Shown: positions 41,297 through 50,800, counted from the first letter of the stretch. The stretch is DNA of 64,000 nucleotides from Candidatus Poribacteria bacterium (GCA_046582655.1 JAYGDX010000185.1:64840-128839), one strand, 5' to 3'. Notes: generated from the sequence alone by a model not told the origin. Made by a program: numbers and translations.

Positions 41297-42217
41297 TTGG
41301 GTAGAAAGGTTTCCGGCCCAATTGAGATAGTTGAGACTGGTCTAGCTGGTCCGCAAATGAACGCTGAGGATCTGCTTAAGGCTCAAACAGAACGATTATC
41401 CAAATTGGTCGATCTTTCACATGAACCTGCAACTGATGATTTGCCTGCACCAGTTAATTTGCAGGGACTCTATGATCAAACAGTAATAGATGCTGAAAAC
41501 AAAGCTCGTCGCATCGTATCAGATGCTGAAGAAAGTGCTGTGCAAAGTAAAAACAATGCGCAGGAGCAGGCAGTCGAGATTATCCAGCTAGCTCAGCAAG
41601 AAGCAGAGAGAATCGGAAATGAAATTCGCCAGCAGGCAGATCAGGATGCTGGCGGCATTCGACATGAAGCCTATCAAGTTGGATACCAGAGCGGTTATGA
41701 AGATGGGGAAAAAAGCAGTTATGAAGAAGGTAGCGATGCTGGTCACAGGGTTGGCTGGGAACAAGGATACAAGGAAGGATGGTCCCAAGGTCATCAAGAA
41801 TATGCAGATGCTATAGAGCAGCTAAAAGAGACGATCTCCCAAGTGGCTGCCCAACGTCACGATTTTATTGAACAAACAGAATCTGACTTAGTTGCGTTAG
41901 TTTTTGACATAGCTGAAAAGTTAGTTCATCATCAGATTGCAAACGACGATGTAATCTACCATACCGTAAAATCAATGTTGGAATATACCGTTGATCATGA
42001 GAAGGTATTAATTCGAGTCCATCCAGCCGAACTTGCCAAACTCGAGCCACACCGAGAAGAGTTTTTAAGCCAAGTAAAGGGAGTCGAGTTGTTAGATATC
42101 ATTGAAGATTCCGGTATTGATCAAGGTGGGTGCTTATTGGAAACTAATCTCGGTACAATTGATGCTAAAATTGACACCCAATTTGAACAGGTAAAGCAAG
42201 CATTAAACTTGGTATAA
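41297..42217 (+). CDS. fliH: FliH
   Basis: GxxxG repeats; IRVHP; GGCLLETNLGTIDA. Confidence 0.93.
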   Translation: MGRKVSGPIEIVETGLAGPQMNAEDLLKAQTERLSKLVDLSHEPATDDLPAPVNLQGLYDQTVIDAENKARRIVSDAEESAVQSKNNAQEQAVEIIQLAQQEAERIGNEIRQQADQDAGGIRHEAYQVGYQSGYEDGEKSSYEEGSDAGHRVGWEQGYKEGWSQGHQEYADAIEQLKETISQVAAQRHDFIEQTESDLVALVFDIAEKLVHHQIANDDVIYHTVKSMLEYTVDHEKVLIRVHPAELAKLEPHREEFLSQVKGVELLDIIEDSGIDQGGCLLETNLGTIDAKIDTQFEQVKQALNLV

Positions 42218-42229
42218 AATTAACTAAAG

Positions 42230-43588
42230 TTGAATGTTATGACAGTTGGTCTCTCGAAATTTCGTAGTAATATTATTAACCGACGGTTGGCCCAGTTGGA
42301 GGGTAGGGTTGTTGAAATTGTTGGTTTATTGGTCAAAGCTCAGGGAATAGCATTACCAGTTGGTGAAACTTGTCTAGTTAAAAATAGGAATGGTGATATC
42401 CCAGCAGAAGTTATTGGATTTAATGAGGATCGTCATACTCTCTTGATGGTACTTGGGAATATGGAGGGGATTTCTCCCGGTGATCGTGTAATAGCCACAG
42501 GTAAATCACCTACAGTTCGTGTAGGGAATGGGATACTTGGCCGCGTTATTGATAGCATGGGAAATCCACTGGATGATAAAGGGGAACTTGACTGGTCGAA
42601 TGAGTATCCCATTTATCAGTTACCACCTCCGGCGTTAAGCAGGATGCCTGTCGATTCTGTTTTGCCAACTGGTATCCGCGCCATTGATGGTCTGCTTACA
42701 GTTGGTAGAGGACAGCGAGTTGGGATCTATGGGGGGGCAGGAGTTGGTAAAAGTATTCTAATGGGAATGATCGCCAGAAACACTGAAGCAGATATTAATG
42801 TCATTGCGTTAATCGGTGAGCGTGGCAGGGAGGTTGGGAATTTCGTTAGAAGTGTTCTAGGCGAAGAAGGTTTGAAGCGTTCTGTAGTTGTTGCTGCCAC
42901 TTCCGATCAGCCAGCGCTAATGCGGATACGTGGTGCGTTTGTTGCTATGGCGGTTGCTGAGTATTTCCGGGATCAAGGCAAGAGTGTCATGCTTATGATG
43001 GACTCTGTTACGCGTATGGCAATGGCACAACGTGAAGTGGGCATGACTGTCGGGGAACCACCGACAACCCGAGGTTACACACCGTCAGTTTTTTCAATGT
43101 TGCCCAAACTCATGGAGCGGGCAGGAACATCAGATCAGCAAGGAAGTATAACAGGGTTTTACACTGTTCTTGTGGAAGGAGATGATATGATGGAACCGAT
43201 TACCGACGCGACTCGTGCAATTCTGGATGGTCATATTGTCCTCTCGCGAGAATTGGCTTCTCAGGGGCACTATCCAGCGATTGATATTTTGGAAAGCATA
43301 AGCCGATTGATGGTGGATATTGTTCCCAAGGCACATCAAAATGTCGCCGATGCGTTGCGTGAATTGCTGGCGATCTATAGGGAAAATCAGACACTGATCA
43401 ACATTGGACTTTATCGTAAAGGAACAAACCCTGATATTGATATTGCAATCGATTATCGTAATGAAATTCTTAATTTTCTTCGGCAGGAGATGATGGAAAA
43501 AGTGGAATATGAGGATTTGCTTACGCACCTGTATGAAATTTTTCCAGATATAGCAAATGAAGAAAATGTAGCAAATGAAGAAATATAA
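42230..43588 (+). CDS. fliI: Flagellar export ATPase FliI
   Basis: GRGQRVGI, LIGERGREV, AEYFRDQG, GEPPTTRGY, ILDGHIVLSR. Confidence 0.97.
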   Translation: MNVMTVGLSKFRSNIINRRLAQLEGRVVEIVGLLVKAQGIALPVGETCLVKNRNGDIPAEVIGFNEDRHTLLMVLGNMEGISPGDRVIATGKSPTVRVGNGILGRVIDSMGNPLDDKGELDWSNEYPIYQLPPPALSRMPVDSVLPTGIRAIDGLLTVGRGQRVGIYGGAGVGKSILMGMIARNTEADINVIALIGERGREVGNFVRSVLGEEGLKRSVVVAATSDQPALMRIRGAFVAMAVAEYFRDQGKSVMLMMDSVTRMAMAQREVGMTVGEPPTTRGYTPSVFSMLPKLMERAGTSDQQGSITGFYTVLVEGDDMMEPITDATRAILDGHIVLSRELASQGHYPAIDILESISRLMVDIVPKAHQNVADALRELLAIYRENQTLINIGLYRKGTNPDIDIAIDYRNEILNFLRQEMMEKVEYEDLLTHLYEIFPDIANEENVANEEI

Positions 43589-44036
43589 ATTTTCTCTTGA
43601 TCAAGTTCTAGAGATTCGTCGGAATGTTGAGACACAGCGTCAAGGTGAGTTTGCCCAAGCGCTGCATGTTATCGATGAGAATACAGGGATTCTGAGAGGT
43701 ATTGAAGAAAATCAACAGAGATCTTTAGAACGTTATCATATTCATCAGCAGACTGGCATTCAGCCAAGTGAGTGTATCCAGTATCACCAATACTTTCACG
43801 CGCTTGAAGCTAGTATCAACCAGCAAAATGAAAATATTGAACTTTTACAAGAAGAAGCGGAGAAAAAAAGAGAGCGTTTGGAAGAAGCGTTGCGTGATAA
43901 GCTAGTTATTGAAGAGTTAAAAAAAGAGAATCTGCGGGATTTCCAAAAAAGGCTTTCAAGAGCTGAACAAATGCTTATTGACGATACGAGTACAATTACT
44001 TATAATTATAAATTCGGAAGTCGTTCTGGAAATTAA
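43575..44036 (+). CDS. fliJ: FliJ
   Basis: MKKYKFSLDQVLEIR; coiled coil; EQMLIDD. Confidence 0.9.
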   Translation: MKKYKFSLDQVLEIRRNVETQRQGEFAQALHVIDENTGILRGIEENQQRSLERYHIHQQTGIQPSECIQYHQYFHALEASINQQNENIELLQEEAEKKRERLEEALRDKLVIEELKKENLRDFQKRLSRAEQMLIDDTSTITYNYKFGSRSGN

Positions 44037-44070
44037 TATCATCTGGTATAGTTTGCTGGAGTAAGTTTAG

Positions 44071-44802
44071 ATGTCTAAAAAGATACTTATAATTGGTGGA
44101 TCGACGGTTGCGGCTCTTTTAGTTATTCTGTTAGTGGTGGTATTCATATGGCCCAAGCCTTTTGCTGGAGACAAGGAAGATGCTTCAGGAAATGGGAGCG
44201 TATTAGATTTTGGAGACGCTCTAAGTTCATCCATGGAATTTGCACGACGTCAGAACCAACTGGAAACACTAAGAGAGATACTCAATCGAGAAAGAGAATC
44301 GCTTGATGCAATCTCGCAGAAGTTGAAAGAACAAGAAGAAAGAATAGAGCAAAAACGGAAAGATATTGAGCAGAGGAGGGCTGATCTCGCACAGTCACAG
44401 GGGGTTCTCGGCGATAAACAAATTGCCTTGGCGCAAGAGAGTCGGACGTTAAATGAGCGGGAAAGGGAACTTGAGGTACGTGAGAAGAAGATTATCAACT
44501 TTGAAAGGGAACAAGAGGAAAAGAAACCCGTTCCTGCTCCGAAGGTGTCTTTTGATGAAGAGGCAAAAGCCCGGGCACACAAAAAAATGGCTCGTGGTTT
44601 TTCAAGCATGCGACCAAAGGATGTGGCAAGTCTCCTAACGGTGATGATGCAGAAGGGGGATGAAGGACATGCAGATGCTATCAGCTTATTAAAGAAAACG
44701 AGTCCTGATCTGAAAATGCGGATTCTTTCAGCTTTGGCTAAGGACAATATTACCATGGCGGCTGAATTAACCCAAACCCTGATGATGCCTGCGACAGATT
44801 AA
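44071..44802 (+). CDS. MotE/YlxF-like protein (TM, coiled coil, MgtE_N-like domain)
   Basis: KMARGFSSMRPKDVASLL...ILSAL; position after fliJ. Confidence 0.7.
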   Translation: MSKKILIIGGSTVAALLVILLVVVFIWPKPFAGDKEDASGNGSVLDFGDALSSSMEFARRQNQLETLREILNRERESLDAISQKLKEQEERIEQKRKDIEQRRADLAQSQGVLGDKQIALAQESRTLNERERELEVREKKIINFEREQEEKKPVPAPKVSFDEEAKARAHKKMARGFSSMRPKDVASLLTVMMQKGDEGHADAISLLKKTSPDLKMRILSALAKDNITMAAELTQTLMMPATD

Positions 44803-44829
44803 CTCACCGTGTTCTGGAGAGATCCTGAA

Positions 44830-45075
44830 ATGATAGAGTTAACTCGGATTGATGATAGCAAGTTAATGCTGAATGCCGAGTTGATCAAATGGCTTGAAGG
44901 AATGCCGAGAACAACGACAATTACTTTGGTTACAGAAAATAAGTTGATGGTCAAAGAGACGGTAACCGAGATTGTGAGGAAAGTTGTTGACTATAAACGT
45001 CTAGTTAATATCTATCAACAGGAATCAAACTTAGAAAATCAAGTTACTGACGCAATAGATGCAATTAAAGAATAG
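44830..45075 (+). CDS. flbD: FlbD-family flagellar protein
   Basis: MIELTRID...LNAELIKWLE...TITL...VKET. Confidence 0.9.
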   Translation: MIELTRIDDSKLMLNAELIKWLEGMPRTTTITLVTENKLMVKETVTEIVRKVVDYKRLVNIYQQESNLENQVTDAIDAIKE

Positions 45076-45088
45076 AGGTCACTAGAAA

Positions 45089-45868
45089 ATGCCGAATACG
45101 ATTATAGGCTTTATAATTACAACCGTTGCTATTGTTGGTGGAATGGTGATGTCTGGAGGTGTCGGACAATTTATTGATATGCCTTCGGTGTTTATTGTTA
45201 TTGTGGGTGCGATGGGGGTGACTTTTGCCAGCGGCTCGTTTAGACAATTCATGAACGCCATGGGAGCCATGCCCAAGATTTTCACCCCTATTAATTGGCC
45301 CTATGCTGAAACCATCAAACAGTTCCGGGAGATGGCTGCTGTCCTCCGAAGAGAAGGGCCAATGGGATTGCAGAGCATTGAGATTGATGACGATCTAATG
45401 GAATTCGGTACCCAGTTAATCCTTGGGGGCGTTGCGGAATCGGGGGAGTTGGCCAAACAGCTAGACCCAAGACTATCCCAAGTCAAAATGGATTCTTCAA
45501 CAAACCAGGTAGTTTGGGTGGCATTTGGTGGTTTCGCTCCAGCATATGGTATGGCGGGAACGCTGATTGGTCTGGTAGCTATGCTCGGTTCCTTGGACGA
45601 TCCGGGGTCAATCGGTCCAAAGATGGCCGTAGCGTTAATCACGACTTTGTATGGCACGCTGGTTGCCAACATGATTTGCCTTCCAATCGCCAATAAAATT
45701 GCAGTCAATACGTCAGAGGAAGTCGCGTATAAAGATATGATCGTTTCTGGGATGATCACCTTGCTTGACGCTCCGGATCCGGACGGCCTAGTTGACATGA
45801 TGATGGCCCGTGTGCCTCTAGGTATTTATGAGGAAGTCAACGCCGAAGCCCGTGCTGAAGCTGGATAA
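45089..45868 (+). CDS. motA: Stator A subunit (PomA/MotP-like)
   Basis: FIDMPSVFIV, APAYGMAGTLIGLV, IGPKMAVALITTLYG. Confidence 0.95.
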   Translation: MPNTIIGFIITTVAIVGGMVMSGGVGQFIDMPSVFIVIVGAMGVTFASGSFRQFMNAMGAMPKIFTPINWPYAETIKQFREMAAVLRREGPMGLQSIEIDDDLMEFGTQLILGGVAESGELAKQLDPRLSQVKMDSSTNQVVWVAFGGFAPAYGMAGTLIGLVAMLGSLDDPGSIGPKMAVALITTLYGTLVANMICLPIANKIAVNTSEEVAYKDMIVSGMITLLDAPDPDGLVDMMMARVPLGIYEEVNAEARAEAG

Positions 45869-45894
45869 ATCAAAGTCAATTTGAGGAGTATTCA

Positions 45895-46704
45895 ATGGGC
45901 GAAATAGAAGATTTACAAGCTGAACTTGCTGCAGTAGAACTAGAGAAATCCACTATGGTGGAAGGTTGGATGGCTACCTATGGTGACATGGTAACCCTTC
46001 TGCTGTGTTTCTTTGTCTTGTTGTTCGCTTTTGCAACTATTGATGTTCAAAAGTTTAGGGAACTTGTTATCTCCTTGAAAGGGACCTTGGGTGTGCTGAA
46101 TGAAGGGGAGCGTTTGTTTATGCCGGGTGACATTCCAAAACCGGAACCGAGTGCCGGCAACCCCTCGCCTACTTCCCAGATGGCATCGCCAATTCCTCCC
46201 CCCCCGGGGCAAGCAAAGAAAGGAAACAAGGGAGAAGGGGATCAAACTGTTCGAGAGTCATTCCAATCAGGTGCCGGCGAGGTACTTGTCCTTCCCCAAA
46301 CCGCCAAGTTTGAAGAAGGGTCGGACGAACTCACCACAAATTTCAAACAAGTTCTGGATGAACTGGTGCCTTTGATAAAAAGTTACAAGAATAACGAAGT
46401 GTCTGTCGTAGGCCATGCAGATCCAAGGCCGATTAGAAGTCCGATTGCTCGGTCTGATGGCTCTCAAGTTACTTCAAACTGGCAGTTGGCTGCAGACCGA
46501 GCCTACAAAGTTATCGAATACCTTGTCAAGGAGAAAGGAATTCCCGAAGAGAGGTTTTCATTAGTTGCCTACTCAAGCCATAAGCTGGAAGCAAAGGATC
46601 TTGAAGATGAAGGTGATTACCGACGCGTAGATATTATATTCCGTCCAAAATTTGATCCTACGCAGATGGAATCGATCAGTGCCCTCCATGACAAGCAAAA
46701 ATGA
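45895..46704 (+). CDS. motB: Stator B subunit
   Basis: WMATYGDMVTLLLCFFVLLFA; OmpA-like GHAD...NWQLAADRA...RRVDI. Confidence 0.95.
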   Translation: MGEIEDLQAELAAVELEKSTMVEGWMATYGDMVTLLLCFFVLLFAFATIDVQKFRELVISLKGTLGVLNEGERLFMPGDIPKPEPSAGNPSPTSQMASPIPPPPGQAKKGNKGEGDQTVRESFQSGAGEVLVLPQTAKFEEGSDELTTNFKQVLDELVPLIKSYKNNEVSVVGHADPRPIRSPIARSDGSQVTSNWQLAADRAYKVIEYLVKEKGIPEERFSLVAYSSHKLEAKDLEDEGDYRRVDIIFRPKFDPTQMESISALHDKQK

Positions 46705-46761
46705 TTGTGCGGAAGCAATTATACATTTCAATCTCAACATGGTTTAAGGAGATTCTTGATT

Positions 46762-47172
46762 ATGTCGTATGCTGGATTTAGGAGTGTTATATTATTAGTT
46801 CTTTTGGTTGGTTCTGTTTTGTTGCTGGCTGGTTGTGGAGGTGATGGTAAGATAAGTTATGGTTATTACGATCTCTCTGACGCTGTTATCGTTAACTATA
46901 TTGATGGGGAGGGCAATAAAGGCTATGTCAGCTTGAAATTAACTGTGGAACTTCCTGAGGGGAATGTCGTTACAATAGGAACCATGTCACAGCGTATACG
47001 TCACGCTACCGTGTTATACCTCAAAAATCTATCGTCCGACGAGCTAACCAATTATATTGCCAATGATCAGGAAGCTTTAGCAGACGGTATTAAGGACGCC
47101 ATGAGTGAGGAAACTAAGGCAGATAACCTTGCCATTGAGAGAATTTTGTTTCGCGACTTTGTAATGCAATAA
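46762..47172 (+). CDS. fliL: FliL, apparently a lipoprotein
   Basis: IVNY..YVSLKL, IRHA, C-terminal ILFRDFVMQ; AAGGAG RBS; LLLAGC lipobox. Confidence 0.85.
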   Translation: MSYAGFRSVILLVLLVGSVLLLAGCGGDGKISYGYYDLSDAVIVNYIDGEGNKGYVSLKLTVELPEGNVVTIGTMSQRIRHATVLYLKNLSSDELTNYIANDQEALADGIKDAMSEETKADNLAIERILFRDFVMQ

Positions 47173-47189
47173 TTGCATAAGGATAATGG

Positions 47190-48311
47190 ATGGAAGAAAA
47201 AGTTAGCAGTGAGGAGTTAGACGCGTTATTTGGGGATGAGGAACCGGAAGAGGGCGAAGCCCCTGCTGGTGCCGAGGCTGGCGAAGAGGTGGAATCGGCA
47301 GATGATGCCGTTGTCGCTAGTGCTAATGGTCGCATAGTCAAATCCCATGATTGGGGCGAAAAGCGCCGATTAAGCACTGAGCAGATCCGCACCCTGCATG
47401 ACATGCATGATCAGTTTGCTAAATCCTATGGTCCTGCTCTCGGTATTGAGTTGAAGAGGGAAGTGATGATGACTATGGAAAGCGAACCAAAGCAGATAAG
47501 CTACGGTGAGTATGTCGGGACGCTTCCCAATCCAACGTCTCTTACCCGTTTCATTCTGCCGCCTCTGGAAGGTACGGCGGTTTTGCATATGGACCTTAAA
47601 CTGGCACTGGCGATTGTTGAGCGGGTGCTTGGTGGTAGAGGAGATCCAGTTGATGACGAAGATCTAAGACCTGCGACTGTAATTGAAGAAAAAGTCGTCC
47701 AACGGGTGATGACAGATTTGCTTCAAGCGTTGCGAGCGGCATGGATTAGAGTTGTCGATTTCAAGCCGACTTTTACAACTTCAGAGTCGATTCCGTATTA
47801 TTTGCAACTGTCTCAAATGGCTGATGATATTGTTATTGCTGTTAATTTCAAGGTTGTGATTAGCGACGAATTTGGTATCTTGCTTGAAAGCGATCTGTCA
47901 ATCTGTTACCCATATATTCTTCTTCAGCCAATCGCATCAAGCCTTAAAGCTAGCCAGTTATTTGGAAGTTCTTCCGGTGCAAGTTTAAGCGAGGAAATTC
48001 GAAATGGCCTTGAGAAAGTAAAGGCTCCAATCCGTTGTAATCTTGTTCGTGATAAGTTAAGGTTACAAGATCTGCTGGAGATGGAAATTGGTGATGTCTT
48101 AACATTTCGAACAAACTTGGAACAAGCATCTGAGGTCGTAATCGGCAAGACAAGCGTCTTTTGGGGACGTCCAGGAACCTTGGGACGGCGCTATGCCGTA
48201 CGAGTCGAGTCTTTCATCTCGCCTGATGATCCAGCTTCCTCAACATTGGAAAGGGATGAACCTATCCTTCAAAAAGAAACTGAGAAATCGAATATAGCGG
48301 AAGAGGAATAA
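47190..48311 (+). CDS. fliM: Motor switch protein FliM
   Basis: LSTEQIRTL..MHDQFA, ERVLGGRG, ICYPY..LQPI, C-terminal SpoA domain. Confidence 0.93.
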   Translation: MEEKVSSEELDALFGDEEPEEGEAPAGAEAGEEVESADDAVVASANGRIVKSHDWGEKRRLSTEQIRTLHDMHDQFAKSYGPALGIELKREVMMTMESEPKQISYGEYVGTLPNPTSLTRFILPPLEGTAVLHMDLKLALAIVERVLGGRGDPVDDEDLRPATVIEEKVVQRVMTDLLQALRAAWIRVVDFKPTFTTSESIPYYLQLSQMADDIVIAVNFKVVISDEFGILLESDLSICYPYILLQPIASSLKASQLFGSSSGASLSEEIRNGLEKVKAPIRCNLVRDKLRLQDLLEMEIGDVLTFRTNLEQASEVVIGKTSVFWGRPGTLGRRYAVRVESFISPDDPASSTLERDEPILQKETEKSNIAEEE

Positions 48312-48336
48312 TTTTAATTCAATTTGGGGAGATTAT

Positions 48337-48732
48337 ATGCATAAACCGATTCAGTACAGTAGAGTTCCATTTCCACAATTTACAGATCGCCATGTTGTGG
48401 CCCAAACAGATAACATGGCACAGCTTGAGCGAGTAAAAGTCGAAATCGCTGTTGAATTGGGTAAAGCTCGATTTGTGCTTGAGGATCTTTTAAAGTTAAA
48501 ACCTGCTACCGATGATGTTGACCTCAATGATCCGGAAATGACAGCAACAGAGCGAAGTCAATACGTTGTTAAACTCGACACGCAGATTGGTGAACCGGTG
48601 GACGTGCTAATAAACGATCGGGTTTTTGCACAAGGTGAAGTGGTTTCGACAAGTACCGGTCAATCTTATGGAGTAAGAGTTATCTCGATTCTCAACGAAG
48701 AGCAGCAAATTGCAGCACAGGCTAAGCGGTGA
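48337..48732 (+). CDS. fliN: FliN-like SpoA protein 1 (with insertion)
   Basis: VEIAVELG, GEPVDVLIND..AQGEVV, YGVRV. Confidence 0.85.
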   Translation: MHKPIQYSRVPFPQFTDRHVVAQTDNMAQLERVKVEIAVELGKARFVLEDLLKLKPATDDVDLNDPEMTATERSQYVVKLDTQIGEPVDVLINDRVFAQGEVVSTSTGQSYGVRVISILNEEQQIAAQAKR

Positions 48733-48767
48733 TAGTGGAAATATATAAGGTGAAGGAGTATGATTAA

Positions 48768-49088
48768 GTGAATGAAGAAGGTGTGGTGAAAGAAAAAGCA
48801 GGTCGGGATTTGAGTGAAAACTTAGCACAACTTACGAGGGTACCTGTCGAAGTTACGGTGGAGTTGGGACGGGCAGATCGGACAATTGGAGAGATCTTAG
48901 AGCTTGGTTCTGGTTCACTAATTGAGCTTGAATCAATTGTCGGAGAACCAGTTGATCTACTGGTAAACGGTCATTTTTTTGCCAAAGGAGAGGTTATCGC
49001 TATTGAAGAAGAAACTTATGGTTTGCGAATTACGTCGATTATCTCAGAGGATGATAAGCTGAACCGTCTAAGCGAAATGTTCCAGTAA
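48768..49088 (+). CDS. fliN: FliN-like SpoA protein 2
   Basis: VPVEVTVELG, GSLIELE..VGEPVDLLVNG..AKGEV, YGLRITSI. Confidence 0.92.
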   Translation: MNEEGVVKEKAGRDLSENLAQLTRVPVEVTVELGRADRTIGEILELGSGSLIELESIVGEPVDLLVNGHFFAKGEVIAIEEETYGLRITSIISEDDKLNRLSEMFQ

Positions 49089-49172
49089 TCCTAAATGGAT
49101 TTATGAACTTGAAAGGCTTGATTCCCTGTTTCCATAAGATACCATCACCCAATCCCTGATTTTGCAAGGTTC

Positions 49173-49709
49173 ATGAGAGGCTATCTTGTTGCACTACTTT
49201 TTTTCCTCCCGGCCTTGTTTGTTTCTATGGCAGATTCTCAAGCTGATTTGCCCTCTGAAAACGAGTTAAAAAATGATACCGCCAAAGAACCTTTCCTACC
49301 TCGACGACCAACAGATTCGCCACCATCAGAAAACAATACCCCAGTAAGACTCTTCACTTTCAGTAGAATTTTTGCTATAGTTTTTGTACTTATATTCAGC
49401 ATTGCGGTTATCTATTTGTTGGGATTTTTGCTGAAACGCAATATGTTCCGCTCTCAAAGTTCACTGAGTGCTCAAGGGAGTTTTCGTGTTATAGGTCACC
49501 TTTATTTGAATCCCAAGCAGATTCTCTATTTAATTGAAGTGGCCGATCGTGTCCTCGTCATTTCGGCAACGGAAAACAGCATCAGTACGTTGTCGGAAAT
49601 CACAGACGCAGAAATTGTCGAATCTTTGAGAACAGGATTTGTGGCCCACGATTTTCAAGGAACGAATTTCATTCAGTACTTAAAACGGATGGTAGGGAAG
49701 ACAAATTGA
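49173..49709 (+). CDS. fliO: FliO
   Basis: TM then LNPKQILYLIEV..VLVISAT..ISTLSEI; precedes fliP. Confidence 0.85.
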   Translation: MRGYLVALLFFLPALFVSMADSQADLPSENELKNDTAKEPFLPRRPTDSPPSENNTPVRLFTFSRIFAIVFVLIFSIAVIYLLGFLLKRNMFRSQSSLSAQGSFRVIGHLYLNPKQILYLIEVADRVLVISATENSISTLSEITDAEIVESLRTGFVAHDFQGTNFIQYLKRMVGKTN

Positions 49710-49737
49710 TTGTTATCTTCCTACCAGCTTAGTTGGC

Positions 49738-50517
49738 ATGCGTATAGGAAAATATCTGTTTTTCCTTATCATATTTGTCTTGTTAATTTCAGGGACAGCG
49801 AAAGAAGTTTTATCTCAAAATAGAACTATCACCATCCCTCGAATTCCGCTTGGTCTTAGCGATATCGAGGAACCTAGTGAAGTTGCCACAACTCTTGAAA
49901 TACTCTTCTTTATTACCATATTAACATTGGCACCAACCATTGTGTTAATGATGACTTCTTTCACTAGAATTGTGATTGTACTTTCATTCGTTCGGCAAGC
50001 GGTTGGATTGCAGCAAATTCCAGCTTCTCAGGTTATAATTGGGTTGGCACTTTTTATGACACTTTTTTTAATGCAGCCGATTGGATCGAAAATCTACACA
50101 GAATCGCTCAGGCCATATTTGGATGAAGAACTGAGTATTCAGGAAGCGTTCCCAATTGCAGTTGGCGCGATGCGAGAATTCATGTTTAACCAAACTCGAA
50201 AAAAGGATCTACAACTTTTCCATTCCATTGCAAGCGGAAATCAGCCAGCATATGATAAGTCCGACATCAGCACTTTAACCCTAATTCCAGCATTTGTTAT
50301 CAGCGAACTAAATACGGCGTTTCAAATGGCGTTTTTAATTTATATTCCATTTTTGATACTTGATTTGGTCATGGCGAGTATCCTGATGTCGTTAGGGTTG
50401 CTCCTATTGCCGCCCGTTCTCATTTCGCTTCCGTTTAAGCTGGTTTTGTTTGTCGCCATCGATGGATGGAATATCCTAGTGACTTCACTTCTGAGAAGCT
50501 TTAACATGCCGATGTAG
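49738..50517 (+). CDS. fliP: FliP
   Basis: MMTSFTRIVIVL, LIPAFVISEL, ISLPFKLVLFVAIDGW. Confidence 0.97.
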   Translation: MRIGKYLFFLIIFVLLISGTAKEVLSQNRTITIPRIPLGLSDIEEPSEVATTLEILFFITILTLAPTIVLMMTSFTRIVIVLSFVRQAVGLQQIPASQVIIGLALFMTLFLMQPIGSKIYTESLRPYLDEELSIQEAFPIAVGAMREFMFNQTRKKDLQLFHSIASGNQPAYDKSDISTLTLIPAFVISELNTAFQMAFLIYIPFLILDLVMASILMSLGLLLLPPVLISLPFKLVLFVAIDGWNILVTSLLRSFNMPM

Positions 50518-50527
50518 GAGATTAAAA

Positions 50528-50797
50528 ATGACACCTGAACAAATTGTTGGTGTTGGTAAAGAAGCGCTTTTTATTGCTATACAGATTGCAGGCCCGATAC
50601 TTTTGATTGGTCTAGTGCTTGGTTTGGTAATTAGTATTTTTCAGGCGGTAACGCAAATTCAAGAGATGACGCTAACTTTCGTGCCAAAACTGGCTGCACT
50701 TGTGATCATCGTGTTACTGGCAGGAAAATCTATCGCCGCATTGATGATGAATTATACGACTCGTGTGATACAAACCTTGCCAGAAATGGTAGGATAG
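50528..50797 (+). CDS. fliQ: FliQ
   Basis: ISIFQAVTQIQEMTLTFVPK. Confidence 0.98.
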   Translation: MTPEQIVGVGKEALFIAIQIAGPILLIGLVLGLVISIFQAVTQIQEMTLTFVPKLAALVIIVLLAGKSIAALMMNYTTRVIQTLPEMVG

Positions 50798-50800
50798 ATT

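Noticed and set aside
41660..41800. Repeated GxxxG units in FliH
   Set aside because: Normal feature of FliH.
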